In this document: positions 42,501-57,141 of the stretch, piece after piece
How positions within the stretch are numbered: the first letter of the stretch is position 1
Layout: each line of letters starts with the position of its first letter
NCBI GenBank assembly: GCA_964016885.1
Contig: OZ024752.1
Coordinates: 19,840,001-19,904,000, forward strand
Length of the DNA: 64,000 bases
Source of the DNA: Eledone cirrhosa
Taxonomy: Eukaryota
Direction of reading: 5' to 3'
The notes under the pieces: model-generated
Seen by the model: only the letters and a program-made list of their open reading frames with translations
Told to the model about the DNA's origin: nothing
Database searches by the model: none
Made by a program: the position numbers and the translations under genes

Positions 42501-45500
42501 CTGTCTGAGAGCCACCACTGATACTCTGTCTGAGAGCCACCACTGATACTCTGTCTGAGAGCCACTACTGATACTCTGTCTGAGAGCCACCACTGATACT
42601 CTGTCTGAGAGCCACTATTGATACTCTGTCTGAGAGCCACTATTGATACTCTGTCTGAGAGCCACTATTGATACTCTGTCTGAGAGCCACCACTGATACT
42701 CTGTCTGAGAGCCTCCACTGATACTCTGTCTGAGAGCCACCACTGACACTCTGTCTGAGAGCCACTACTGATACTCTGTCTGAGAGCCACTATTGATACT
42801 CTGTCTGAGAGCCACCACTGATACTCTGTCTGAGAGCCACCACTGATACTCTGTCTGAGAGCCACTATTGATACTCTGTCTGAGAGCCACTACTGATACT
42901 CTGTCTGAGAGCCACTATTGATACTCTGTCTGAGAGCCACCACTGATACTCTGTCTGAGAGCCACCACTGATACTCTGTCTGAGAGCCACTATTGATACT
43001 CTGTCTGAGAGCCACTACTGATACTCTGTCTGAGAGCCACTATTGATACTCTGTCTGAGAGCCACCACTGATACTCTGTCTGAGAGCCACTACTGATACT
43101 CTGTCTGAGAGCCACTATTGATACTCTGTCTGAGAGCCACTACTGATACTCTGTCTGAGAGCCACTATTGATACTCTGTCTGAGAGCCACTATTGATACT
43201 CTGTCTGAGAGCCACTACTGATACTCTGTCTGAGAGCCACTATTGATACTCTGTCTGAGAGCCACTATTGATACTCTGTCTGAGAGCCACTATTGATACT
43301 CTGTCTGAGAGCCACCACTGATACTCTGTCTGAGAGCCACTATTGATACTCTGTCTGAGAGCCACTACTGATACTCTGTCTGAGAGCCACTATTGATACT
43401 CTGTCTGAGAGCCACCACTGATACTCTGTCTGAGAGCCACTATTGATACTCTGTCTGAGAGCCACCACTGATACTCTGTCTGAGAGCCACTATTGATACT
43501 CTGTCTGAGAGCCACCACTGATACTCTGTCTGAGAGCCACTACTGATACTCTGTCTGAGAGCCACCACTGATACTCTGTCTGAGAGCCACCACTGATACT
43601 CTGTCTGAGAGCCACTACTGATACTCTGTCTGAGAGCCACCACTGATACTCTGTCTGAGAGCCACTATTGATACTCTGTCTGAGAGCCACTACTGATACT
43701 CTGTCTGAGAGCCACTATTGATACTCTGTCTGAGAGCCACCACTGATACTCTGTCTGAGAGCCACCACTGATACTCTGTCTGAGAGCCACCACTGATACT
43801 CTGTCTGAGAGCCACTACTGATACTCTGTCTGAGAGCCACCACTGATACTCTGTCTGAGAGCCACTATTGATACTCTGTCTGAGAGCCACTATTGATACT
43901 CTGTCTGAGAGCCACTATTGATACTCTGTCTGAGAGCCACTATTGATACTCTGTCTGAGAGCCACTACTGATACTCTGTCTGAGAGCCACCACTGATACT
44001 CTGTCTGAGAGCCACTACTGATACTCTGTCTGATAGCCACCACTGATACTCTGTCTGAGAGCCACTACTGATACTCTGTCTGAGAGCCACCACTGATACT
44101 CTGTCTGAGAGCCACTATTGATACTCTGTCTGAGAGCCACTACTGATACTCTGTCTGAGAGCCACTATTGATACTCTGTCTGAGAGCCACCACTGATACT
44201 CTGTCTGAGAGCCACTACTGATACTCTGTCTGAGAGCCACCACTGATACTCTGTCTGAGAGCCACTACTGATACTCTGTCTGAGAGCCTCCACTGATACT
44301 CTGTCTGAGAGCCACCACTGATACTCTGTCTGAGAGCCACCACTGATACTCTGTCTGAGAGCCTCCACTGATACTCTGTCTGAGAGCCACTACTGATACT
44401 CTGTCTGAGAGCCACCACTGATACTCTGTCTGAGAGCCACTATTGATACTCTGTCTGAGAGCCACTATTGATACTCTGTCTGAGAGCCACTATTGATACT
44501 CTGTCTGAGAGCCACCACTGATACTCTGTCTGAGAGCCACCACTGATACTCTGTCTGAGAGCCACTATTGATACTCTGTCTGAGAGCCACCACTGATACT
44601 CTGTCTGAGAGCCACCACTGATACTCTGTCTGAGAGCCACCACTGATACTCTGTCTGAGAGCCTCCACTGATACTCTGTCTAAGAGCCACCACTGATACT
44701 CTGTCTGAGAGCCTCCACTGATACTCTGTCTGAGAGCCACTACTGATACTCTGTCTGAGAGCCACCACTGATACTCTGTCTGAGAGCCACTATTGATACT
44801 CTGTCTGAGAGCCACCACTGATACTCTGTCTGAGAGCCACTATTGATACTCTGTCTGAGAGCCACTACTGATACTCTGTCTGAGAGCCACCACTGATACT
44901 CTGTCTGAGAGCCACCACTGATACTCTGTCTGAGAGCCACTACTGATACTCTGTCTGAGAGCCACCACTGATACTCTGTCTGAGAGCCACTATTGATACT
45001 CTGTCTGAGAGCCACCACTGATACTCTGTCTGAGAGCCACTATTGATACTCTGTCTGAGAGCCACCACTGATACTCTGTCTGAGAGCCACCACTGATACT
45101 CTGTCTGAGAGCCACTATTGATACTCTGTCTGAGAGCCACCACTGATACTCTGTCTGAGAGCCACCACTGATACTCTGTCTGAGAGCCACCACTGATACT
45201 CTGTCTGAGAGCCACTACTGATACTCTGTCTGAGAGCCACCACTGATACTCTGTCTGAGAGCCACTATTGATACTCTGTCTGAGAGCCTCCACTGATACT
45301 CTGTCTGAGAGCCACTACTGATACTCTGTCTGAGAGCCACTATTGATACTCTGTCTGAGAGCCACTACTGATACTCTGTCTGAGAGCCACTACTGATACT
45401 CTGTCTGAGAGCCTCCACTGATACTCTGTCTGAGAGCCACCACTGATACTCTGTCTGAGAGCCACTATTGATACTCTGTCTGAGAGCCACTACTGATACT

Positions 45501-48500
45501 CTGTCTGAGAGCCACCACTGATACTCTGTCTGAGAGCCACTACTGATACTCTGTCTGAGAGCCACCACTGATACTCTGTCTGAGAGCCACTATTGATACT
45601 CTGTCTGAGAGCCACCACTGATACTCTGTCTGAGAGCCACTATGATACTCTGTCTGAGAGCCACCACTGATACTCTGTCTGAGAGCCACCACTGATACTC
45701 TGTCTGAGAGCCACCACTGATACTCTGTCTGAGAGCCACCACTGATACTCTGTCTGAGAGCCACCACTGATACTCTGTCTGAGAGCCACCACTGATACTC
45801 TGTCTGAGAGCCACTATTGATACTCTGTCTGAGAGCCACCACTGATACTCTGTCTGAGAGCCACCACTGATACTCTGTCTGAGAGCCACCACTGATACTC
45901 TGTCTGAGAGCCACTATTGATACTCTGTCTGAGAGCCACTACTGATACTCTGTCTGAGAGCCACTACTGATACTCTGTCTGAGAGCCACTACTGATACTC
46001 TGTCTGAGAGCCACCACTGATACTCTGTCTGAGAGCCACCACTGATACTCTGTCTGAGAGCCACCACTGATACTCTGTCTGAGAGCCTCCACTGATACTC
46101 TGTCTGAGAGCCACTATTGATACTCTGTCTGAGAGCCACTATTGATACTCTGTCTGAGAGCCACTACTGATACTCTGTCTGAGAGCCACTACTGATACTC
46201 TGTCTGAGAGCCACCACTGATACTCTGTCTGAGAGCCACCACTGATACTCTGTCTGAGAGCCACCACTGATACTCTGTCTGAGAGCCTCCACTGATACTC
46301 TGTCTGAGAGCCACCACTGATACTCTGTCTGAGAGCCACCACTGATACTCTGTCTGAGAGCCACCACTGATACTCTGTCTGAGAGCCACTATTGATACTC
46401 TGTCTGAGAGCCACCACTGATACTCTGTCTGAGAGCCACCACTGATACTCTGTCTGAGAGCCACCACTGATACTCTGTCTGAGAGCCACTATTGATACTC
46501 TGTCTGAGAGCCACTACTGATACTCTGTCTGAGAGCCACTACTGATACTCTGTCTGAGAGCCACCACTGATACTCTGTCTGAGAGCCACCACTGATACTC
46601 TGTCTGAGAGCCACCACTGATACTCTGTCTGAGAGCCACCACTGATACTCTGTCTGAGAGCCACCACTGATACTCTGTCTGAGAGCCACCACTGATACTC
46701 TGTCTGAGAGCCACTATTGATACTCTGTCTGAGAGCCACTACTGATACTCTGTCTGAGAGCCACTACTGATACTCTGTCTGAGAGCCACCACTGATACTC
46801 TGTCTGAGAGCCACCACTGATACTCTGTCTGAGAGCCACTATTGATACTCTGTCTGAGAGCCACCACTGATACTCTGTCTGAGAGCCACCACTGATACTC
46901 TGTCTGAGAGCCACCACTGATACTCTGTCTGAGAGCCACTACTGATACTCTGTCTGAGAGCCACTATTGATACTCTGTCTGAGAGCCACCACTGATACTC
47001 TGTCTGAGAGCCACCACTGATACTCTGTCTGAGAGCCACCACTGATACTCTGTCTGAGAGCCACCACTGATACTCTGTCTGATAGCCACCACTGATACTC
47101 TGTCTGAGAGCCACTACTGATACTCTGTCTGAGAGCCACTACTGATACTCTGTCTGAGAGCCACTACTGATACTCTGTCTGAGAGCCACCACTGATACTC
47201 TGTCTGAGAGCCACCACTGATACTCTGTCTGAGAGCCACTACTGATACTCTGTCTGAGAGCCACCACTGATACTCTGTCTGAGAGCCACTATTGATACTC
47301 TGTCTGAGAGCCACTACTGATACTCTGTCTGAGAGCCACTATTGATACTCTGTCTGAGAGCCACCACTGATACTCTGTCTGAGAGCCTCCACTGATACTC
47401 TGTCTGAGAGCCACCACTGACACTCTGTCTGAGAGCCACTACTGATACTCTGTCTGAGAGCCACTATTGATACTCTGTCTGAGAGCCACCACTGATACTC
47501 TGTCTGAGAGCCACCACTGATACTCTGTCTGAGAGCCACTATTGATACTCTGTCTGAGAGCCACTACTGATACTCTGTCTGAGAGCCACTATTGATACTC
47601 TGTCTGAGAGCCACCACTGATACTCTGTCTGAGAGCCACCACTGATACTCTGTCTGAGAGCCACTATTGATACTCTGTCTGAGAGCCACTACTGATACTC
47701 TGTCTGAGAGCCACTATTGATACTCTGTCTGAGAGCCACCACTGATACTCTGTCTGAGAGCCACTACTGATACTCTGTCTGAGAGCCACTACTTGATACT
47801 CTGTCTGAGAGCCACTACTGATACTCTGTCTGAGAGCCACTATTGATACTCTGTCTGAGAGCCACTATTGATACTCTGTCTGAGAGCCACTACTGATACT
47901 CTGTCTGAGAGCCACTATTGATACTCTGTCTGAGAGCCACTATTGATACTCTGTCTGAGAGCCACTATTGATACTCTGTCTGAGAGCCACCACTGATACT
48001 CTGTCTGAGAGCCACTATTGATACTCTGTCTGAGAGCCACTACTGATACTCTGTCTGAGAGCCACTATTGATACTCTGTCTGAGAGCCACCACTGATACT
48101 CTGTCTGAGAGCCACTATTGATACTCTGTCTGAGAGCCACCACTGATACTCTGTCTGAGAGCCACTACTGATACTCTGTCTGAGAGCCACCACTGATACT
48201 CTGTCTGAGAGCCACTACTGATACTCTGTCTGAGAGCCACCACTGATACTCTGTCTGAGAGCCACCACTGATACTCTGTCTGAGAGCCACTACTGATACT
48301 CTGTCTGAGAGCCACCACTGATACTCTGTCTGAGAGCCACTATTGATACTCTGTCTGAGAGCCACTACTGATACTCTGTCTGAGAGCCACTATTGATACT
48401 CTGTCTGAGAGCCACCACTGATACTCTGTCTGAGAGCCACCACTGATACTCTGTCTGAGAGCCACCACTGATACTCTGTCTGAGAGCCACTACTGATACT

Positions 48501-51500
48501 CTGTCTGAGAGCCACCACTGATACTCTGTCTGAGAGCCACTACTGATACTCTGTCTGAGAGCCACTATTGATACTCTGTCTGAGAGCCACTATTGATACT
48601 CTGTCTGAGAGCCACTATTGATACTCTGTCTGAGAGCCACTACTGATACTCTGTCTGAGAGCCACCACTGATACTCTGTCTGAGAGCCACTACTGATACT
48701 CTGTCTGATAGCCACCACTGATACTCTGTCTGAGAGCCACTACTGATACTCTGTCTGAGAGCCACCACTGATACTCTGTCTGAGAGCCACTATTGATACT
48801 CTGTCTGAGAGCCACTATTGATACTCTGTCTGAGAGCCACTATTGATACTCTGTCTGAGAGCCACCACTGATACTCTGTCTGAGAGCCACTACTGATACT
48901 CTGTCTGAGAGCCACCACTGATACTCTGTCTGAGAGCCACTACTGATACTCTGTCTGAGAGCCTCCACTGATACTCTGTCTGAGAGCCACCACTGATACT
49001 CTGTCTGAGAGCCACCACTGATACTCTGTCTGAGAGCCTCCACTGATACTCTGTCTGAGAGCCACTACTGATACTCTGTCTGAGAGCCACCACTGATACT
49101 CTGTCTGAGAGCCACTATTGATACTCTGTCTGAGAGCCACTATTGATACTCTGTCTGAGAGCCACTATTGATACTCTGTCTGAGAGCCACCACTGATACT
49201 CTGTCTGAGAGCCACCACTGATACTCTGTCTGAGAGCCACTATTGATACTCTGTCTGAGAGCCACCACTGATACTCTGTCTGAGAGCCACCACTGATACT
49301 CTGTCTGAGAGCCACCACTGATACTCTGTCTGAGAGCCTCCACTGATACTCTGTCTAAGAGCCACCACTGATACTCTGTCTGAGAGCCTCCACTGATACT
49401 CTGTCTGAGAGCCACTACTGATACTCTGTCTGAGAGCCACCACTGATACTCTGTCTGAGAGCCACTATTGATACTCTGTCTGAGAGCCACCACTGATACT
49501 CTGTCTGAGAGCCACTATTGATACTCTGTCTGAGAGCCACTACTGATACTCTGTCTGAGAGCCACCACTGATACTCTGTCTGAGAGCCACCACTGATACT
49601 CTGTCTGAGAGCCACTACTGATACTCTGTCTGAGAGCCACCACTGATACTCTGTCTGAGAGCCACTATTGATACTCTGTCTGAGAGCCACCACTTCTGTC
49701 TGAGAGCCACTATTGATACTCTGTCTGAGAGCCACCACTGATACTCTGTCTGAGAGCCACCACTGATACTCTGTCTGAGAGCCACTATTGATACTCTGTC
49801 TGAGAGCCACCACTGATACTCTGTCTGAGAGCCACCACTGATACTCTGTCTGAGAGCCACCACTGATACTCTGTCTGAGAGCCACTACTGATACTCTGTC
49901 TGAGAGCCACCACTGATACTCTGTCTGAGAGCCACTATTGATACTCTGTCTGAGAGCCTCCACTGATACTCTGTCTGAGAGCCACTACTGATACTCTGTC
50001 TGAGAGCCACTATTGATACTCTGTCTGAGAGCCACTACTGATACTCTGTCTGAGAGCCACTACTGATACTCTGTCTGAGAGCCTCCACTGATACTCTGTC
50101 TGAGAGCCACCACTGATACTCTGTCTGAGAGCCACTATTGATACTCTGTCTGAGAGCCACTACTGATACTCTGTCTGAGAGCCACCACTGATACTCTGTC
50201 TGAGAGCCACTACTGATACTCTGTCTGAGAGCCACCACTGATACTCTGTCTGAGAGCCACTATTGATACTCTGTCTGAGAGCCACCACTGATACTCTGTC
50301 TGAGAGCCACTATTGATACTCTGTCTGAGAGCCACCACTGATACTCTGTCTGAGAGCCACCACTGATACTCTGTCTGAGAGCCACCACTGATACTCTGTC
50401 TGAGAGCCACCACTGATACTCTGTCTGAGAGCCACTACTGATACTCTGTCTGAGAGCCACTATTGATACTCTGTCTGAGAGCCACTATTGATACTCTGTC
50501 TGAGAGCCACTATTGATACTCTGTCTGAGAGCCACTACTGATACTCTGTCTGAGAGCCACCACTGATACTCTGTCTGAGAGCCACTACTGATACTCTGTC
50601 TGAGAGCCACCACTGATACTCTGTCTGAGAGCCACCACTGATACTCTGTCTGAGAGCCACCACTGATACTCTGTCTGAGAGCCACCACTGATACTCTGTC
50701 TGAGAGCCACCACTGATACTCTGTCTGAGAGCCACCACTGATACTCTGTCTGAGAGCCACTATTGATACTCTGTCTGAGAGCCACCACTGATACTCTGTC
50801 TGAGAGCCACTACTGATACTCTGTCTGAGAGCCACTATTGATACTCTGTCTGAGAGCCACTATTGATACTCTGTCTGAGAGCCACTATTGATACTCTGTC
50901 TGAGAGCCACTACTGATACTCTGTCTGAGAGCCTCCACTGATACTCTGTCTGAGAGCCTCCACTGATACTCTGTCTGAGAGCCACTACTGATACTCTGTC
51001 TGAGAGCCACCACTGATACTCTGTCTGAGAGCCACTACTGATACTCTGTCTGAGAGCCACTATTGATACTCTGTCTGAGAGCCACTATTGATACTCTGTC
51101 TGAGAGCCACTATTGATACTCTGTCTGAGAGCCACTACTGATACTCTGTCTGAGAGCCACCACTGATACTCTGTCTGAGAGCCACTATTGATACTCTGTC
51201 TGAGAGCCACTACTGATACTCTGTCTGAGAGCCACCACTGATACTCTGTCTGAGAGCCTCCACTGATACTCTGTCTGAGAGCCACCACTGATACTCTGTC
51301 TGAGAGCCTCCACTGATACTCTGTCTGAGAGCCACCACTGATACTCTGTCTGAGAGCCACCACTGATACTCTGTCTGAGAGCCACTACTGATACTCTGTC
51401 TGAGAGCCACTATTGATACTCTGTCTGAGAGCCACCACTGATACTCTGTCTGAGAGCCACCACTGATACTCTGTCTGAGAGCCACCACTGATACTCTGTC

Positions 51501-52153
51501 TGAGAGCCACCACTGATACTCTGTCTGAGAGCCTCCACTGATACTCTGTCTGAGAGCCACCACTGATACTCTGTCTGAGAGCCACCACTGATACTCTGTC
51601 TGAGAGCCACCACTGATACTCTGTCTGAGAGCCACTATTGATACTCTGTCTGAGAGCCACTATTGATACTCTGTCTGAGAGCCACCACTGATACTCTGTC
51701 TGAGAGCCACCACTGATACTCTGTCTGAGAGCCACCACTGATACTCTGTCTGAGAGCCACTATTGATACTCTGTCTGAGAGCCACTATTGATACTCTGTC
51801 TGAGAGCCACCACTGATACTCTGTCTGAGAGCCACCACTGATACTCTGTCTGAGAGCCACTACTGATACTCTGTCTGAGAGCCACTATTGATACTCTGTC
51901 TGAGAGCCACTATTGATACTCTGTCTGAGAGCCACCACTGATACTCTGTCTGAGAGCCACTACTGATACTCTGTCTGAGAGCCACTACTGATACTCTGTC
52001 TGAGAGCCACCACTGATACTCTGTCTGAGAGCCACTATTGATACTCTGTCTGAGAGCCACCACTGATACTCTGTCTGAGAGCCACCACTGATACTCTGTC
52101 TGAGAGCCACTACTGATACTCTGTCTGAGAGCCACTATTGATACTCTGTCTGA
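39516..52153 (+). repeat. 25-bp satellite array (gatactctgtctgagagccacYaYt)n, ~505 copies
   Basis: Directly visible 12.6-kb homogeneous tandem array with a few recurring variants. Confidence 0.98.
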
Positions 52154-52615
52154 GTAGAAGGCCCTCAACAACCAGGACTGAGGTCAACGTTGAGTGCGTC
52201 AGAAAGATTGTGCGTAGCGATCGTCGGCTGACTGTTCGACTGATGGCAAATGAGCTGGGCATGAATCGGGACAGCGTCTGGAAGATTCTCACTGAAGATT
52301 CGGACATGCGGAAAGTCTGCGCGAATTTGGTGACCAAACTGCTGAACGATGACCAGAAGGGTCGACGCATGCAAGTGTGCCAGGACATCCTCGAGCGTCT
52401 TGAAACCGAACAAGACTTGCTAGGTACAGTCATCACCGGTGATGAGTCATGGATCTTCGAGTAAGACCCGGAGGGGACCTGTTTTGAAGACGTAGACGAC
52501 ATCAAAAAGGCCGTGACAACGGAACTGCGGAGGAACCCGGAAGAATACTTCCAGGAGTGCATGCAAGCGTGGTAGAAAAGGATGGAAAAGTGCATTAGAC
52601 TCCAGGGGGATTACT
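52152..52615 (+). pseudogene. Internally deleted mariner transposase remnant
   Basis: [36 protein letters not shown] (HTH plus first catalytic D) fused to the C-terminal '[15 protein letters not shown]...KCIRLQGDY'; stops present. Confidence 0.9.
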
Positions 52616-52645
52616 ATATATATATGCATATATATATATATATGC

Positions 52646-52758
<113 letters not shown>

Positions 52759-52851
52759 CATATATATACATATATATATATACATATATATATACATATA
52801 TATATATACATATATATATATACATATATATATATACATATATATATATAC

Positions 52852-52886
<35 letters not shown>

Positions 52887-53071
52887 GTATTAAGGATACT
52901 ATTTATGGTTATGTATATGCTAAAACTTTTTATAGTTATATATATTTTAAACCCTAAACAGTGAAAGACAGTAATTTATTACTACATTATTACGTCATTG
53001 AAAAATTGCTCCGAAGACAATTGTAAGCTAATAAATGGTTTGAACAGAACTTTGATTCATGTGATTTCTAT

Positions 53072-53105
<34 letters not shown>

Positions 53106-53719
53106 ATATATATATATATACTATATTATATTTTGAGATTAAACTCTCAGTCGTTTACAATTAATCAGCTCCAAGAAAGAGGCATTTCCGAGCAGTTAAA
53201 TACATGTTATACATTAATATATATGATAAACACAAAACGTGTTTGCATTGTAACAGACAAAGTTAGCTATCAATGAAATAAACTAATTAAAGTGAATACA
53301 ATTTGTCTGTCTCGATATAAGTCAATAAAGACAAGCTTATATTGGCAAAAGCCGTGATTCCTGGACAAATCTAAATTTCAAAATCCAAACCCGCTCCGTA
53401 GATGAATTTGAACTTCGAAACCTAAATATGTTTCGCAACGATGGTACATGAATTGAAAAATAAAGAGAATAGAAGAAAAACAGAAAGGAAGAGGAAGATA
53501 AGTCAGCGTTAATATCATGCTACAAGAAAAAAGACAGAAAGAAAGAGTAAGAAAAGGAAGAAGAAGAAAGGTCAGCGTTAATGTCGAGCTACAAGAAGAA
53601 AGACAGAAAGAAAGAGGAAGAAAAGTCAGTACTGATGTCAAGCTACAGTCAGGCCAGGAATGCCGCGAAATTTTTTTTTATAAAGGACCCGTATCTTAGA
53701 GTGATATTGCAAATTTTTT

Positions 53720-54520
53720 TAAACTGTTTAATTTTCAATTTTATAATTGTTTAATTTTCAATTTTCTAACTCTTTAATTTTATAATGTTAATCTTTAATT
53801 TTTTTTTTAACTTCATCCTATAAATGTAAACAAAAATTTAACGTTCCAATTTTCTGTCGGACTGTTGGGTTGGTTTTCCTGGCTGCGGGACCGGCCTCCT
53901 GGCGCATAGGCCTACCTTGAGTGCTTGGAAAAGTAAATTTCCCCTTCTTTCGGTAAATGAAATTACTCGGAGCGGTTATTCGCCCCAGAGGCCCGGCGCG
54001 CAGCCGGTTTTTGACCGCCATATAGTACCTTTAAATTATAGACCTAATCATAACTATTAGATGTATCATGCCTCCCTCTACTTAAACAAATCCCCCTCCT
54101 GGGTAAATTAACAGTACTGGTTTGGTACAAGGATGGCCTAACGACGAGGGCTGACTTTCCACTAGCACACCTGAAGCCTGATATACATTCCTAGAGTGCT
54201 TGGAAAAATTGATTTCCACATCTTTCGCTAGGTGATCTCACTCGGAATGGCTGACACGCGGTTAAGATAGGCTGGATGGGGTCTGCAGTCGACGCATGCT
54301 GTTTGACTGCTAAACAAGGACATAATCATTACTCTATAATACAATTAAAGTTTCTTCATAAAAGACTCTTTCTTTACCTAAACCTCGCAACCCAAAACCT
54401 TAAAAATGTTAAACTGTTTAATTTTCAATTTTCTAATTTCTTTAATTTTATAATGTTAATTTTTAATTTTTGTAACTTCATCCTATAAATCTAAACAAAC
54501 ATTTAACGTTCCAATCTTCT
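53720..54520 (+). repeat. Dispersed direct repeat (~110-130 bp) at ~53721-53850 and ~54411-54515, within an unclassified element
   Basis: 'aaactgtttaattttcaatttt...cttcatcctataaat.taaacaaa.atttaacgttccaat' occurs twice. Confidence 0.7.
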
Positions 54521-54837
54521 GCTCACACATTATAACATGCAGCCCCCACTATATTTGCCTCTGTTATAATATATACCTCTGTTAAGATACGGGGCCCAAC
54601 GAAAGAAATGGAAATTTATTTTTCCGAACACACCAGGAATGTAACTGTCTTAAGTGTCGGTTGTGTTAGCGGGAACTCCGCTACCGCCGGCTGGCCATCG
54701 TATATACCAAACGATTACTAGTTATTCACACTGGCGGGGGATTTAATTAAGTGCTAGTAGAAGGTAGTAGAAGGAGGCATGATAAAGTTAAAAGTTATGA
54801 TTAAACCTAGAATTTTGTGTATATATATATACACATA

Positions 54838-54912
<75 letters not shown>

Positions 54913-54971
54913 CAAGGCTCTGATGCCATCAACACTATAAACAGAGAGCTGGCATATATAAGAACTGACTA

Positions 54972-55027
54972 ACTGCCTGATGAGGTCATAGCCATTCAAT
55001 GGCTATCATCGAAATATATATAGCAGT
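54972..55027 (+). ncRNA. Type I minimal hammerhead ribozyme
   Basis: actgc-CTGATGA-ggtc[atagccatt-c-aatggctat]catc-GAAA-tatata-TA-gcagt: intact core, stem I actgc/gcagt, 9-bp stem II, palindromic helix III. Confidence 0.7.
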
Positions 55028-55323
55028 AAAGGATTATGAGTTCATGCAATTGACTTATGTTTCGTCACTATATATATATATAAGAAACACACGCACCAGT
55101 TGCTTTCACTTATATATATATATATATATATACATATATACATGTATATGTATATGTATATACATATACATATATATGTATATACATATACATATATACA
55201 TGTATATGTATATACATGTATATATATACATGTATATATATATACATGTATATGTATATATATATATATATATGTATATACATGTATATGTATATATATA
55301 TATATGTATATACATGTATATAT

Positions 55324-55353
<30 letters not shown>

Positions 55354-55358
<5 letters not shown>

Positions 55359-55645
55359 CGATATTAAACAAATGGAAACTATATTTATAAAACCATATTT
55401 ATTTCATTATACATATTTCGGGGATACCATATTAAAAATATGGCATGCCTTCTTCAGATAAAATACAATATATAAGCAGTTTTATAAATATTTATGGTAC
55501 GTCAAAATTATTTATAAAACTGCTTATATATTGTATTTTATCTGAAGAAGGCATGCCATATTTTTAATATGGTATCCCCGAAATATGTATAATGAAATAA
55601 ATATGGTTTTATAAATATAGTTTCCATTTGTTTAATATCGTATAT
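55354..55645. repeat. Apparently perfect 137-bp inverted repeat with 18-nt spacer, each arm containing a hammerhead motif
   Basis: Arms 55354-55490 and 55509-55645 read as reverse complements. Confidence 0.9.
55534..55599 (+). ncRNA. Type I minimal hammerhead ribozyme (mirror copy on minus strand at ~55400-55465)
   Basis: tattttat-CTGAAGA-aggc[atgccatatt-ttt-aatatggtat]cccc-GAAA-tatgta-TA-atgaaata. Confidence 0.65.
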
Positions 55646-55726
55646 CTACTCCAAAACTTGTTGAGTGCTTTATATCAGTTATAAAATATTTACTTGTTGT
55701 AACCCAACAATTTTAAATAAAACTTT

Positions 55727-55784
<58 letters not shown>

Positions 55785-55790
55785 AACATG

Positions 55791-55821
<31 letters not shown>

Positions 55822-56089
55822 ATACATATACATATACATGTATATATATGTATATGTATATACATGTATATGTATATACATATACATATACATGTATATA
55901 TGTATATACATGTATATATGTATATATATGTATATATATATAAGTGAAAGCAACTGGTGCGTGTTTTCTTATTGGCAACATGACCCTCCCAAAGCATAAC
56001 AATATCGGTTTCAACACACGTTTTCAGATAAAGAATCTTGCTAAACAAATTCAGAAACGAAATATATATATATACATATACATGTATTA

Positions 56090-56982
56090 TCTGTATATAT
56101 ATAAAATTAAGTATGCGTCTGTGTCTGTATATTACCTATAGGGGCCTACATCTTCCGACCGATTTTCATGAAACTTTACACGCTCATAGATTATTCATCG
56201 GGGAGTGTTTTCTATATATCAGCGTATCGTTCTTTTATTCCGGGGTCATTCTGCAGATAAAAATCGATAGGGGGACACCTTATTTTAGGTATCGAAAAAT
56301 AAAAGTTTGGGCTCTAGCTCCCACATTTTGCCACCGATTTCGTTCAAATGTTAAAGTAAGATAGAATTTATTATTGCGCATCCTGTAATCGCTTTATATT
56401 TTGCATTTGTTGTTCATGGACGGTGTGGCAGCCGCTTAAATATTAAAAAATACCACTTTTAGACTCAAATTTCCACTACTTTGTTCAAATTGTACACTAC
56501 GCTAGATCTAATTATTTCACGTCTTAAAGTGGCTTTACATTTTGGATTTTTTGTTCAGGAACGGTGTGGCAGCCGCTTAAATATTCGAAAATACCACCTT
56601 TTCGCTCAAATTTCCGCCTTTTCGGCTGTAGCTCCCACATTTTTCAACCGATTTCGTTCAAATTCGAAACTTCCGCTCCACCTCACACATAAATCAATTT
56701 ATTTGGTTCAACTTTTATACTACGATAGAACCTATCATTGCACATCTTATATTAGCTTTACACTTTACATGTTTTGTTCATGGACGACGTGGCAGCCGTT
56801 TAACTCTTCAAAATACGATTTTTTCCACCTCCCACATATTCCATACGATTTCACTCAATATTTCGCCATTTGCTACACCTTACGACCGATTTTCAAGAAA
56901 CTCGCAGTCGCTAAGATCAACAGCTTTTCATCAAAGCAGATATTATTTTACCTACCCAGGCAACGCTAGGTACCGCTGCTAG
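56090..56982 (+). mobile_element. Non-autonomous Helitron-like element
   Basis: Starts TCtgtatatatataaaa..gtctgtgtctg; ends cccaggcaacgctaggtaccgctgCTAG; internal degenerate repeats. Confidence 0.65.
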
Positions 56983-57141
56983 AATGTATATATATATACA
57001 CACATATACTTGTATATATATATATGTATACATATACCCGTAGAAAACAACCTTGACGGTTGAAGGTTCTCTATCCAGAGAACCTTCAACCGTCAAGGTT
57101 GTTTTGGGACGGGTATGTCAACATTTCTAAAACAAATTTTG

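Noticed and set aside
39516-52153. CRISPR-like array or repetitive protein (SGGSQTEYQWWLSDRV ORFs)
   Set aside because: No unique spacers; the 25-bp unit is not a multiple of 3 and stops occur in all frames; plain satellite.
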